Assembly: GCA_965203175.1 (NCBI GenBank)
Contig: OZ241867.1
Span: forward strand, 3,616,001-3,680,000
Length of the DNA stretch: 64,000 nt
Direction: 5' to 3'
Origin: Candidatus Latescibacterota bacterium
Lineage (GTDB): Bacteria; Latescibacterota; UBA2968; UBA8231
A model generated the notes under the pieces. It saw only the letters and a program-made list of their open reading frames with translations. It did no database searches and had not been told where the DNA came from. Positions within the stretch are counted from its first letter, which is position 1, and the number at the start of each line of letters is the position of its first letter. Below are positions 1-9,606 of this stretch, piece by piece. The position numbers and the translations under genes are program-made.

Positions 1-118
1 CTTTGATCTGGGCGCGGATGGAGTCGTCGGCTGAGACAGACCCCAAGGACAGGGATAGACAGCAGGTGATGGCGTAGAGCGGGTTTTGGCGCGCCGCAAT
101 GAATAGGTTCGCAAGCAT
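1..118 (-). CDS. N-terminal part of an exported protein (runs off window start)
   Basis: ATG at 118 (minus) with GAGG RBS upstream; reads MLANLFIAARQNPLYAITCCLSLSLGSVSADDSIRAQIK, signal-peptide-like; divergent from the SDR gene. Confidence 0.5.
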   Translation of the reverse strand, partial: MLANLFIAARQNPLYAITCCLSLSLGSVSADDSIRAQIK

Positions 119-248
119 GACAAATGTTCCTCTCGGTCTATTTTAGAGTCAATTTGCTCTCACATCAAATGGCCATATTGACCGGTCATGCCGTCTTGTC
201 CCCTCTTTCTGACCGTCATAGATTCTGCGACAAACAGGAGGAAAATCT

Positions 249-1025
249 ATGCATTTGCAGGATCGCATCGCCGTTGTTACCGGGGGGAGTTCGGGCATTG
301 GGCGGGGTATTTGTCTCGAATTGGCCCGCGAAGGGGCCAAGGTCGCAGTGGCCGATATGCAGGAAGCGCCCAAGATCGGCAAGTTTCACGAGACCGAGCC
401 GCAGCCGCCCACGGCTGAAGTCATTGTCAGAGAGGGCGGCGAGGCGCTCTTCGTCGAGACTGATGTGGCCGACGAAAAGGCCGTGGAAAACCTGATCGCC
501 CGCAGCGTCGAGCGCTTTGACGGGGTGGATATTCTGGTCAACAACGCCGGGATCATCATACCGGGGGACAGCCAAGAACTATCCGTTGAGGATTGGGACC
601 GGGTCGTGGGTGTCAACCTGCGCTCGATTTTTCTCACGACCAAATTTGCCGCGCCCTATCTGAGAAAATCTGCGGCTGGACGCATTGTCAACATTGCCTC
701 GGTTCACTCCTTTGGCGGCGGCGGTGGTCCGGCCTATGCGCCGACTAAGGCTGGGGCGGTAAATCTGACGCGGGATCTGGCGTTGGAACTAGCTGGGGAC
801 AATGTCACGGTTAACGCAGTGTGTCCGGGCTATATCGAGACGCCGATCCAAGACTATTTGACCCCGGAGATCATCGAGCAATGTCGGCGAGATACGCCCC
901 TGCCGAGATTGGGCTTGCCGAGGGACATTGGGCGGGCGGTGGCGTTTTTTGCCTCGGATGACGCGGAGTGGATTACGGGGACGGCGCTGCCTGTCGATGG
1001 GGGTTGGTTAGCGCCGGTCTTTTAG
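249..1025 (+). CDS. SDR family NAD(P)-dependent oxidoreductase
   Basis: TGGSSGIG Rossmann motif, NNAG, YxxxK (YAPTK), VCPG, DGG C-terminus; AGGAGG RBS. Confidence 0.95.
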   Translation: MHLQDRIAVVTGGSSGIGRGICLELAREGAKVAVADMQEAPKIGKFHETEPQPPTAEVIVREGGEALFVETDVADEKAVENLIARSVERFDGVDILVNNAGIIIPGDSQELSVEDWDRVVGVNLRSIFLTTKFAAPYLRKSAAGRIVNIASVHSFGGGGGPAYAPTKAGAVNLTRDLALELAGDNVTVNAVCPGYIETPIQDYLTPEIIEQCRRDTPLPRLGLPRDIGRAVAFFASDDAEWITGTALPVDGGWLAPVF

Positions 1026-1027
1026 GC

Positions 1028-1870
1028 ATGGACGAGGGTTGGTCCATCGTCGAAGTGAACCGCGTCGGGGGAAGGTCGCGGTTGACATCCTGCTTGGCCG
1101 TCGCGCCGTTGAAGATCCTCAGTCCCAAGGTCGAGGCCGATTATAGCACTGCTATCCTTTCTAGTTATGGCGGCGGCTTGGTCGCTGGCGATTGCGCCCG
1201 GCTGCGCGTGCGCTGCGGCCGGGAAGCCAAGCTCTTTTTGGGCACGCAGGCCTTCACCAAAGTGTACAAGACCACCGACGGTAAGGTCGCGCGGCAGGAG
1301 CTAGCCGGGCACATCGAAGCAGGCGCTTGCGTAGTATCGCTGCCCGACCCGGTCGTGCCCTATGCCGACAGCGCTTTTGTGCAGGAGCAGGTTTGGCATC
1401 TGGACGCGGGGGCTTCGCTAGTCTTGCTCGACGGAGGTACCGCCGGCCGCGGCGAACGAGGCGAGCAGTTCCACTACAGGTCTTATACATCTAATATTTC
1501 CATCTACTTGGAAAGCGAACTGGTGTTGGCTGAGCGCTTGCGTTTGCAGCCCAAGCAGCAGGCACCCGACCGCGTTGGGGCTTTTGGCCAATACACTGCA
1601 TTTGCCAATGCCTTTATCGTCGGCGATCCAGTGCGCTCCGCTGTCGAGGAAGTGATGCGTCGTGACTTAGCGCGTCCGTTCACCGGTCAGCGGACGCGCG
1701 GGACTAGCAAGGCAATGTTGGTTTCGCACGCCGAACCTCGTCCCGGCGTGCTCGCGCTCCGCGCCTTGGGGCGGACCAATGGCGATCTAGAGGAAGTCTT
1801 GCACGCGCTCGCCACGGCTGTATCTCTGCCCCAAGTCCTAGGGGAAAATCCACTGCGCCGAAAGTATTGA
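1028..1870 (+). CDS. ureD: Urease accessory protein UreD
   Basis: PLKILSP, SYGGGLVAGD, TQAFTKVYK and LPDPVVPY motifs; ATG at 1028 immediately after the SDR stop; urease context. Confidence 0.9.
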   Translation: MDEGWSIVEVNRVGGRSRLTSCLAVAPLKILSPKVEADYSTAILSSYGGGLVAGDCARLRVRCGREAKLFLGTQAFTKVYKTTDGKVARQELAGHIEAGACVVSLPDPVVPYADSAFVQEQVWHLDAGASLVLLDGGTAGRGERGEQFHYRSYTSNISIYLESELVLAERLRLQPKQQAPDRVGAFGQYTAFANAFIVGDPVRSAVEEVMRRDLARPFTGQRTRGTSKAMLVSHAEPRPGVLALRALGRTNGDLEEVLHALATAVSLPQVLGENPLRRKY

Positions 1871-2187
1871 GCTCTTCGGCAGCAACCCCACGAAATATCA
1901 CACATTTGTCATTTTCGGGTGCTCGTCCTAGCCGCAGAGTGCTGCGAAGGGTGAACTCGTCCCACCACAAGGCGCTCAAAAACGACATATATGTCTGTTT
2001 ATAAACCAATAAAATAACATTTTTGTCGTCCATTGATTGGAAAAACTAAACGATCAAACCGCCAAAAATGCCATTTACGTACGAAAAATAAACAAAATTA
2101 CAAATTGCGTATCTCTTTGCAACATAAAGAGATAGTACCAAAATTGTTCCCTTCTGCTCCGGCTGTGGACTGCTGTGGGTGCCGTTG

Positions 2188-2203
2188 TGGTATCCTTTTT
2201 GCA
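2188..2203 (+). promoter_or_regulatory. sigma54 (-24/-12) promoter for the urt/ure operon
   Basis: TGGTATCCTTTTTGCA: GG-N10-GC spacing matches the TGGCAC-N5-TTGCW consensus; ~90 bp upstream of urtA, behind an AT-rich tract. Confidence 0.7.
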
Positions 2204-2290
2204 GTAGAAGAGCGGAATCGGTCGGAGCGGACTACCGGAACGGTGCGTTCAGGCCATTTAACACTACAATTCAATTCTTGGAGGGATTCA

Positions 2291-3565
2291 ATGAGAAGAC
2301 TAAGTAAGTTCTGGATTGCATTTGTCGCCTTAGGGCTAATCGTCGTTGGAACGCATTCGAGCGCGCAGGCGCAAGAGCCGGTCAAAATAGGTATCCTGCA
2401 TTCGCTCAGCGGCACGATGGCTATCTCGGAGGTATCGCTGCGCGATGCCGTGCTGATGGCGGTCGAGGAAATCAATTCCAACGGCGGCGTACTGGGCCGT
2501 AAAATTGAGCCGGTGGTCGTCGATCCGGCGTCCGACTGGGACCTGTTCGCCGAAAAGTCCAAAGAGTTGTTGCTAGAGCACGAGGTAGCGTCCGTCTTTG
2601 GATGCTGGACCTCAGTGTCGCGCAAATCGGTGTTGCCGGTTTTTGAAGAAAACAGCGGGCTGCTGTTCTATCCGGTCCAGTACGAGGGCGAAGAGTGTTC
2701 GCGCAATATCATTTATACAGGGGCTACTCCCAACCAGCAGTTGATTCCGGCCGCCCAGTATCTGATGAGCGAAGAAGGCGGCGGGTACGAGAAATTCTAT
2801 CTGCTCGGCACGGACTACGTGTTTCCGCGTACGGCCAACAAAATCCTGCGCGCCTATCTCCTCGACCAAGGGGTGCCCGAGGAGAATATCATGGAGGAGT
2901 ACACGCCCTTCCACCACCAGGATTACCAGACCATCGTGCAGAAGATCAAGAATTTCGCCGCCGATGGTACGGCCGCGGTCTTGAGCACGATCAACGGCGA
3001 TTCCAACGTGCCATTCTACAAGGAATTCGCCAATCAGGGGCTGACTTCGGCGATGTGCCCGATTATGGCCTTTTCAGTGGCCGAAGACGAACTGCGGGCG
3101 ATGGATACGGAGTTTCTGGTCGGCCATCTAGCGGCTTGGAACTACTTCCAGTCCGTCGCCACCAAGGAAAACCGGGATTTCGTCAAGAGCTTCAAGAAAT
3201 ACTGCGAGGCCAACGGCTTGCCCGGCGGCCTAAAGCGCGTCACCGACGATCCGATTCTCTGGGCCTATACCGGAGTCTATCTGTGGAAGGGTGCGGTCGA
3301 AAAGGCCGGTTCCTTCGACGTGGAAAAGGTGCGACCGGCGCTCTATGGACTGGCGTTTGACTCGCCGGGTGGCCAAGTGATGATGGACGAGCGCAATCAC
3401 CATCTGCACAAGCCCGTCTATATTGGCGAGATCAAAAAGAACGGCCAGTTCAAGATCGTCTATGAGTCGGATGGCCTAGTGGCTCCCGATCCGTGGGACG
3501 ATATCACCAGCGCCGACAAGGACTGCGACCACGTCAATTACATGGGCACTTATACCCTAAAGTAA
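2291..3565 (+). CDS. urtA: Urea ABC transporter substrate-binding protein
   Basis: Signal peptide ending AQA; GILHSLSGTMAISE, FGCWTSVSRKSVLPVFE, FYPVQYEGEECS motifs; GAGG RBS before ATG 2291. Confidence 0.95.
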   Translation: MRRLSKFWIAFVALGLIVVGTHSSAQAQEPVKIGILHSLSGTMAISEVSLRDAVLMAVEEINSNGGVLGRKIEPVVVDPASDWDLFAEKSKELLLEHEVASVFGCWTSVSRKSVLPVFEENSGLLFYPVQYEGEECSRNIIYTGATPNQQLIPAAQYLMSEEGGGYEKFYLLGTDYVFPRTANKILRAYLLDQGVPEENIMEEYTPFHHQDYQTIVQKIKNFAADGTAAVLSTINGDSNVPFYKEFANQGLTSAMCPIMAFSVAEDELRAMDTEFLVGHLAAWNYFQSVATKENRDFVKSFKKYCEANGLPGGLKRVTDDPILWAYTGVYLWKGAVEKAGSFDVEKVRPALYGLAFDSPGGQVMMDERNHHLHKPVYIGEIKKNGQFKIVYESDGLVAPDPWDDITSADKDCDHVNYMGTYTLK

Positions 3566-3606
3566 TACTCTACCTAGCGCAGACTAGCGCAGAAGGACGC
3601 AAACCG

Positions 3607-4506
3607 ATGAATAAGAAAGTTGCAGCATTTGCACTGGTGATTTTGGCCGCCCAGACGATATCCGCCGAGGTCAAATTCTCCGGTTTTGTCGATATGAGCT
3701 TGTTCAGCGACGATGGAAACGCGAGCATGTCGCTGGACCAGTTCGAGTTGGATGCCTCGACGGATCTCGGGGAAGGGATTTCCGCACGGACGGATGTCAA
3801 TGCCTTGGGGCCTACCGCTCCGGTCGAGCTAGAGCAGGCCTTTATCACGTACGACACCGGCGCGGGCTTGGCGCTCACTGTGGGCAAGTTTCTCAGCTGC
3901 ACCGGCTTCGAAGCGGCTGAACCCACCGGTATGTATCAGTATTCGTACTCGGCTACGCTGGTCTATGGCGGCTACCAGAATGGGATCGCGGCCTCCTACG
4001 GCACGGATATGTTCGGCCTGTACGGGGCTGTTGTCTCCAGCGTGTGGGACGGCGCGGAGACCGATGTCTCGGGGGATGAGACCGACGTGGGGTTTGAGGC
4101 TCAGGTTGCTCTGATGCCCGTGGAAGGGATGACGGCCAAAGCCGCGTTGGCCAGGGAAGACGAGCAGACCTTGGTCAACGTTTGGGGCATGTTGGAGACG
4201 GGGCCGCTGACGGTTGCTGCCGAGGTGAATTCAATGAGCGATTGGGGGGCGTATGAGTCGGGGCTGGGGTATCTCGGGATGGTCAACTACGGCCTGAGCG
4301 ATCAGGTCGGCGTAACGGCCCGGTACTCGGCTATCGCGTGGACTCCGGTTGGTGGCGGCGCGGACGACGAAACGAGCGAGATCACCATCGCTCCAAGTTT
4401 CGCCGTTTCGGACAACTGGGGTTTGGTGGCCGAGGTGAAGATGCTTACGGTAGGCGACGCCGATGCGGTGACGCAAATTGCGCTGGAGTCGCTGCTGACA
4501 TTTTAG
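3607..4506 (+). CDS. Outer-membrane beta-barrel protein / putative porin
   Basis: Signal peptide, FSGFVD first strand, LEQAFITY and TVGKF motifs typical of BBP2-like barrels, alternating beta pattern, C-terminal Phe. Confidence 0.8.
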   Translation: MNKKVAAFALVILAAQTISAEVKFSGFVDMSLFSDDGNASMSLDQFELDASTDLGEGISARTDVNALGPTAPVELEQAFITYDTGAGLALTVGKFLSCTGFEAAEPTGMYQYSYSATLVYGGYQNGIAASYGTDMFGLYGAVVSSVWDGAETDVSGDETDVGFEAQVALMPVEGMTAKAALAREDEQTLVNVWGMLETGPLTVAAEVNSMSDWGAYESGLGYLGMVNYGLSDQVGVTARYSAIAWTPVGGGADDETSEITIAPSFAVSDNWGLVAEVKMLTVGDADAVTQIALESLLTF

Positions 4507-4574
4507 GTGGGTGGGTGGAGCGGAGACGGCCGCTTAGCAGTTTAGCAATTGGTACGGTAAAAGGTAAAAGGTAC

Positions 4575-6308
4575 ATGGTAATCAGGCCGTCTCCGCTCCG
4601 ACTCACGGGGCGGAGTTCAATTTTGCCAATGGGACAACAGGTTCTAAAAGTACTGGCGGTGTGGGTCTTAGCGGCTGGAGCGGCTGGAGCCGACACGTGG
4701 GACGAGGAGCAGTTTGCGCGGTTGGCCAGCGGCGATGACGAGGAGATTCAACAGGCCGTAACCGACTTGGCCACGCGCTACGACCAAGCCCATTACGCAT
4801 TGATGCAGGGGCTGTTCAGTGGGGAAGTCTATCGCTGGAGCGAGCGGGAAGTGCAGAGCGGCTTGGTGCTCATTGGCGACGAGGAAATGGATGAGTACGG
4901 CGATTCGATTGTGCCGCTCTTTACAACCCATCCCGAGCGCGTGCCCATTCTCGACGAGGACGGGACGCCGGTCAAAGTTTCGCTTTACGACATAGAAGAG
5001 GTCGAGACCAATCGGAAGATTAGGGCGCTGATCCAGCCCTATTTGCTGCAGATGGAACTCTTTCACCCAGACGCCGACAAACGGCGGATTGCCGCTGAGA
5101 ATATCGGCAACAAGGGAAATGCAGCCGTCATCCCGGCGTTGCGCCGTTCCATAGAGGAAGAGATAGATGGGTCGATTCGGCGGTTGAAACGCGTGTCGTT
5201 GGCCAAGCTGCAATTGGCCGACGCGGAGGCCGAGGTGCGCTTGCAGGCGGTGGTTGCATTGGGGGAACTGCGCAGTCCGCTGGCCATACCTGTGCTAGAG
5301 GAACTCTTGAGTACAAGTGAGTCTGGGGCCTTCGCCGAACCGGATCCTCAGGTCCGGGAGCGGGCGGCTGCGGCCCTGACTAGCTTGCGGCGCTTTAGTT
5401 CCTTCATGCAGGCGGTGCAGACGATTTTTATCGGTCTAAGCTTGGGATCCATTCTGGTGTTGATGTCGCTGGGGTTGGCGATTATCTACGGCCAGATGGG
5501 GGTTATTAACATGGCGCACGGCGAGTTCATGATGATCGGCGCCTACACCACGTTCGTGGTGCAAAACCTGTGCTTGGGCGTGCTGCCGCCGGAGTACGGA
5601 GATCTGTTTTTCGCCATCTCCTTTCCGCTTGCCTTCCTCGTCGCTGGCGGCGTCGGATTCCTGCTGGAGGCGTCGATTATATGCCGGCTATACAGCCGAC
5701 CCCTCGAAAGCCTGCTAGCCACTTGGGGCATCAGTCTGGTGCTGATTCAGGCGGCGCGCAGCGTCTTTGGCGATCTGACGGCAGTGAAATTGCCACAACT
5801 GCTAAGCGGTGGCTGGGAAATGGCTCCCCAGGTGGTGTTGCCCTATAACCGCATGTTCATCATGGCGCTGGCCGCGGTGATCGTCGGGATGCTGTTGGCG
5901 CTTTTCTTTCGCACGCGCTTTGGGCTCAAGCTGCGGGCTACGACCCAAAATCGGGCGATGAGCGCCTGCGTCGGAGTGCCGGTGCGGCGCATTGACTCTA
6001 TGGCCTTTGCTTTGGGCACGGGGATTGCCGGGGTCGCCGGTTGGGCGATGACGCTGATTGGGAACGTCGTGCCCAACATGGGGCAGACCTATATCGTCGA
6101 TTCTTTTCTCGTGGTCGTCACCGGCGGAGTTGGCAAGCTGCTAGGCACGATCAGCGCCGGGCTGGGGATCGGCATTTTCAACAAGATGCTCGAACCGCTC
6201 TTTGAAGCCGTGTACGGCAAGGTCATCCTGTTGGGTTTGATCATCGTCTTCTTGCAATCGCGCCCGACTGGCCTTTTCCCTGCCAAAGGACGGAGCGCGG
6301 AACTGTGA
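4575..6308 (+). CDS. urtB: Urea ABC transporter permease UrtB with N-terminal periplasmic HEAT-like domain (start 4575 or 4629)
   Basis: GLSLGSILVLMSLGLAIIYGQMGVINMAHGEFMMIGAY, RPLESLLATWGISL, YIVDSFLVVVTGGVG; HEAT-like repeats (VRLQAVVALGEL, PQVRERAAAAL). Confidence 0.93.
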   Translation: MVIRPSPLRLTGRSSILPMGQQVLKVLAVWVLAAGAAGADTWDEEQFARLASGDDEEIQQAVTDLATRYDQAHYALMQGLFSGEVYRWSEREVQSGLVLIGDEEMDEYGDSIVPLFTTHPERVPILDEDGTPVKVSLYDIEEVETNRKIRALIQPYLLQMELFHPDADKRRIAAENIGNKGNAAVIPALRRSIEEEIDGSIRRLKRVSLAKLQLADAEAEVRLQAVVALGELRSPLAIPVLEELLSTSESGAFAEPDPQVRERAAAALTSLRRFSSFMQAVQTIFIGLSLGSILVLMSLGLAIIYGQMGVINMAHGEFMMIGAYTTFVVQNLCLGVLPPEYGDLFFAISFPLAFLVAGGVGFLLEASIICRLYSRPLESLLATWGISLVLIQAARSVFGDLTAVKLPQLLSGGWEMAPQVVLPYNRMFIMALAAVIVGMLLALFFRTRFGLKLRATTQNRAMSACVGVPVRRIDSMAFALGTGIAGVAGWAMTLIGNVVPNMGQTYIVDSFLVVVTGGVGKLLGTISAGLGIGIFNKMLEPLFEAVYGKVILLGLIIVFLQSRPTGLFPAKGRSAEL

Positions 6309-7363
6309 GCGCGTCTAGGCACCACATCGTCGCTGGTTTGCTGTTCGCCTTTTTTGGGGTGCTAGTCCCCCTGCTCAACTATCTGGGCCTAGTTGCCGAT
6401 ACGACCCTGAATCTGTGGGGGCGCTATTTTTGTTTTGCCATCGTCGCCCTTGGGATGGACCTGATTTGGGGATTTACCGGCATTCTGTCGCTGTGCCAGG
6501 CGTTTTTCTTTTGCTTGGGCGGCTACGCCATTGGCATGCACATGCTGCTCAAGACTGGGACCAAAGGCGTGTACGGCAGCACCTTGCCCGACTTCATGGT
6601 CTGGAACCGGGTCGAAGAACTGCCGCTTTTTTGGGAGCCGTTCCACAGCTTGCCGCTGACCTTGATCCTCGGGCTGTTGGTGCCGGGATTGGCGGCGCTG
6701 ATCTTTGGCTTCCTCGTCTTCCGCAGCCGCATCAAGGGCGTGTACTTGGCCATTATCACTCAGGCGCTGGCACTGGCGATGTGGCTATTGTTCCTGCGCA
6801 ACGAGACCATGTTGGGGGGGACCAACGGGCTGACGGATTTCAAGACGCTGCTGGGCTTTGAATTGGCCGAGCCGGCGACCAAGCGCGGGCTCTACGTGGT
6901 GGCGTGTGCGGCGCTGGTGGGGGCGTATTATTTGTGCCGCTATATCGTTGGCTCCAAATTGGGCAAATTGCTGGTGGCCATTCGCGACAGCGAACACCGC
7001 CTGCGCTTTATCGGCTACCACATCACCCGCTACAAGCTCTTCGTCTTTGTCGTCGCCAGCGCCTTGGCGGGCTTGGGGGGAATGCTCTACGTGCCGCAGA
7101 CCGGCATCATCACGCCGGGACGCATGGACGTGCAGGCTTCGATTGAGATCGTGGTGTGGACCGCGGTCGGCGGCCGGGGGACGTTGGTGGGCGCGATCGT
7201 CGGAGCCGTGCTGGTCAACTTGCTCTACAGCTTCCTCACTGGCGCGTTCCCCGGCACTTGGCTTTACTTCCTCGGCGCGCTCTTTGTCGGGGTGGTGCTG
7301 TTCTTTCCCGAGGGTGTCGCCGGTATAGTCGGACGCTTGCGTCGGCAGCTAGTGCCCGCGTAA
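6305..7363 (+). CDS. urtC: Urea ABC transporter permease UrtC
   Basis: DLIWGFTGILSLCQ, LPDFMVW, FRSRIKGVY, GGTNGLTDF motifs; GTGA overlap with urtB. Confidence 0.93.
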   Translation: MSASRHHIVAGLLFAFFGVLVPLLNYLGLVADTTLNLWGRYFCFAIVALGMDLIWGFTGILSLCQAFFFCLGGYAIGMHMLLKTGTKGVYGSTLPDFMVWNRVEELPLFWEPFHSLPLTLILGLLVPGLAALIFGFLVFRSRIKGVYLAIITQALALAMWLLFLRNETMLGGTNGLTDFKTLLGFELAEPATKRGLYVVACAALVGAYYLCRYIVGSKLGKLLVAIRDSEHRLRFIGYHITRYKLFVFVVASALAGLGGMLYVPQTGIITPGRMDVQASIEIVVWTAVGGRGTLVGAIVGAVLVNLLYSFLTGAFPGTWLYFLGALFVGVVLFFPEGVAGIVGRLRRQLVPA

Positions 7364-7376
7364 CGAGAGTTGGGCG

Positions 7377-8141
7377 ATGGACAATTTATACGTGCAGAAG
7401 TTGAGTGTGTCGTTCGACGGCTTCAAGGCGCTGGACATCGACATTTTTGAGGTTGCCCAAAACGAGTTGCGGGTGGTCATCGGCCCCAATGGCGCGGGCA
7501 AGACGACCCTGCTCGACGTGCTCTGCGGTCGGGCGCGACCCGACGTTGGCCATGCCTATTTCAAGGATCAAGACCTGACCAAGCTGAGCGAGGACGAGAT
7601 TGTCGATCTCGGGGTGGGGCGCAAGTTCCAAGCGCCGACGGTTTTTACTTCGCTGACTGTCGCTGACAATCTGATGCTAGCTGTGAAGGCCAACCGCGGC
7701 GTCTTTGCCTCGCTGTTCCACCGGCTCCAAGCGGCCGAGCGCCGCCGGATTGAGGAGGTGGCCGAGCGCACGGGGCTGGAGGATGCGCTCGACGAGGTCG
7801 CCGGTACTCTGTCACACGGTCAGAAGCAGTGGTTGGAGATCGCCATGGTCATCTTGCAGGACCCCACGCTCTTCTTAGTGGATGAGCCAGCGGCGGGCAT
7901 GACTGACGAGGAGACTTTCCGCACTGGAGAGATCCTCCAAGGGCTGGCCGAGGATCACGCCCTGATTGTCATTGAGCACGACATGGAATTCGTGCGGCAA
8001 ATCGCCCGCAAAGTAACAGTGTTACACGAGGGCAGAATTTTAGTCGAAGGGCCGATGGAAGCAGTGCAGAACGACCCGCGCGTCATTGAGTGCTATTTGG
8101 GAACGGCCATGGAACGGGAGGAGCACAGTGCAGTCGGCTGA
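7377..8141 (+). CDS. urtD: Urea ABC transporter ATP-binding protein UrtD
   Basis: Walker A GPNGAGKT, GRKFQ, LSHGQKQWLEI, VIEHDM. Confidence 0.93.
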   Translation: MDNLYVQKLSVSFDGFKALDIDIFEVAQNELRVVIGPNGAGKTTLLDVLCGRARPDVGHAYFKDQDLTKLSEDEIVDLGVGRKFQAPTVFTSLTVADNLMLAVKANRGVFASLFHRLQAAERRRIEEVAERTGLEDALDEVAGTLSHGQKQWLEIAMVILQDPTLFLVDEPAAGMTDEETFRTGEILQGLAEDHALIVIEHDMEFVRQIARKVTVLHEGRILVEGPMEAVQNDPRVIECYLGTAMEREEHSAVG

Positions 8142-8838
8142 GACCACGCTGGCGGTGGAGGAATTGGATATCCACTACGGGGGCAGCCGCATCTTGCGGG
8201 ATATTAGCTTGCAGGTTCCCGGCGGCTCGATTGTGGCGGTGATGGGGCGCAACGGCGTCGGCAAAACGACACTGCTCAAGGCGATTATGGGGCTGTTGGC
8301 ACCGAGCAAGGGCCGGGTGTTTTTTGCCGGCGAGGACGTCACGGCGCTGACGGCTGACAAGCGCACTCGACGGGGGTTGGGATACGTGCCGCAGGGCCGC
8401 GAGATTTTTCCGCAGTTGACGGTGCGGGAAAACTTGGAGATCGGCTTGCAGGCGCGCGGAGGCGGAGGCGAGGTGTCCGAGGAAGTGTTCACTCTTTTTC
8501 CAGTGTTGGCGGACATGCAGGAGCGGATGGGCGGCAATTTGAGCGGTGGACAGCAACAGCAGTTGGCCATTGCCCGGGCGCTGGTCGGCGAACCCAAGGT
8601 CCTGATGCTGGACGAACCGACCGAAGGGATCCAGCCGTCGATCATTTTGGAAATAGAAAAGGTGTTGCTCCAGCTCAAGGAGCGGGGCGAGTTCGCCATC
8701 GTCTTGGTCGAGCAGTACTTCGACTTCGCGCGGCAGATCGCCGATCACTTCTTTCTGATGGACCGCGGCAGCATTCTATTGCAGGGGACAGCCGACGAGT
8801 TGTCGGATGAAAGTATCAAGACCCATCTGACGTTTTGA
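8128..8838 (+). CDS. urtE: Urea ABC transporter ATP-binding protein UrtE
   Basis: [44 protein letters not shown]; GTG at 8128 after GGAGGAG. Confidence 0.93.
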   Translation: MQSAETTLAVEELDIHYGGSRILRDISLQVPGGSIVAVMGRNGVGKTTLLKAIMGLLAPSKGRVFFAGEDVTALTADKRTRRGLGYVPQGREIFPQLTVRENLEIGLQARGGGGEVSEEVFTLFPVLADMQERMGGNLSGGQQQQLAIARALVGEPKVLMLDEPTEGIQPSIILEIEKVLLQLKERGEFAIVLVEQYFDFARQIADHFFLMDRGSILLQGTADELSDESIKTHLTF

Positions 8839-8848
8839 GGGAGGATTC

Positions 8849-9604
8849 ATGCGGCTTGCACCGAGGGAAATCGACAAGCTAGTATTGCACAACGCCGGGT
8901 TTGTGGCGCAGAAGCGCTATGCCCGGGGCCTGCGGCTGAACTACCCGGAGGCGATCGCGCTGATCGCGGCGCAGTTGCTCGAATTTATCCGCGATGGCGA
9001 GCGGGTCGCCACTTTGATGGACAAAGGCAAGCAGTTGCTCGGGATTGAAGATGTGTTGCCGGGGGTGCCGGAAATGGTCCACGAGGTGCAGGTGGAAGGC
9101 ACGTTCCCCGACGGCACCAAACTGGTGACGGTGCATCAGCCGATCTGCCGGGCGCGCGGCAACGCCGAGTTGGCGCTCTATGGGTCGGGGCTGGTGCGCG
9201 TGGGAGAGACGTGGTCGCCGGACAATGCGTCTAGCGCCGCGCCCGGGGAAGCGCTGGTGGCGGATGAGGAACTCGCGCTCAATGATGGCCGCGAAAAAGT
9301 GGAGCTCGAAGTGGCGAACATGGGCGATCGCCCAGTGCAGGTGGGGTCGCACTTTCCCTTTTTTGAGGCGAACGCCGAATTGCGCTTTGACCGCGTACAG
9401 GCCTATGGCTTTCGCCTCGATATTCCCTCGGGGACGGCGGTGCGCTTTGAGCCTGGGGAGACCAAGACGGTGACGCTGGTTGCCGTAGCTGGCGAGCGCG
9501 TCGTCCAAGGTGGCAGCGGTTTGATCGGCGGGGCCTTGAGCGACGACAACAAGGCCGCCGCCCTTGAACGCGCTAAAGAGCGCGGCTTTTTAGGAGCGGA
9601 GTAA
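8849..9604 (+). CDS. ureAB: Urease gamma-beta fusion subunit
   Basis: Gamma domain ([23 protein letters not shown]) fused in frame to beta domain ([30 protein letters not shown]). Confidence 0.95.
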   Translation: MRLAPREIDKLVLHNAGFVAQKRYARGLRLNYPEAIALIAAQLLEFIRDGERVATLMDKGKQLLGIEDVLPGVPEMVHEVQVEGTFPDGTKLVTVHQPICRARGNAELALYGSGLVRVGETWSPDNASSAAPGEALVADEELALNDGREKVELEVANMGDRPVQVGSHFPFFEANAELRFDRVQAYGFRLDIPSGTAVRFEPGETKTVTLVAVAGERVVQGGSGLIGGALSDDNKAAALERAKERGFLGAE

Positions 9605-9606
9605 TC

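Noticed and set aside
2200-2290. Possible glutamine (glnA) or other riboswitch in the urtA leader
   Set aside because: No consensus motifs recognised; would need an Infernal/Rfam scan
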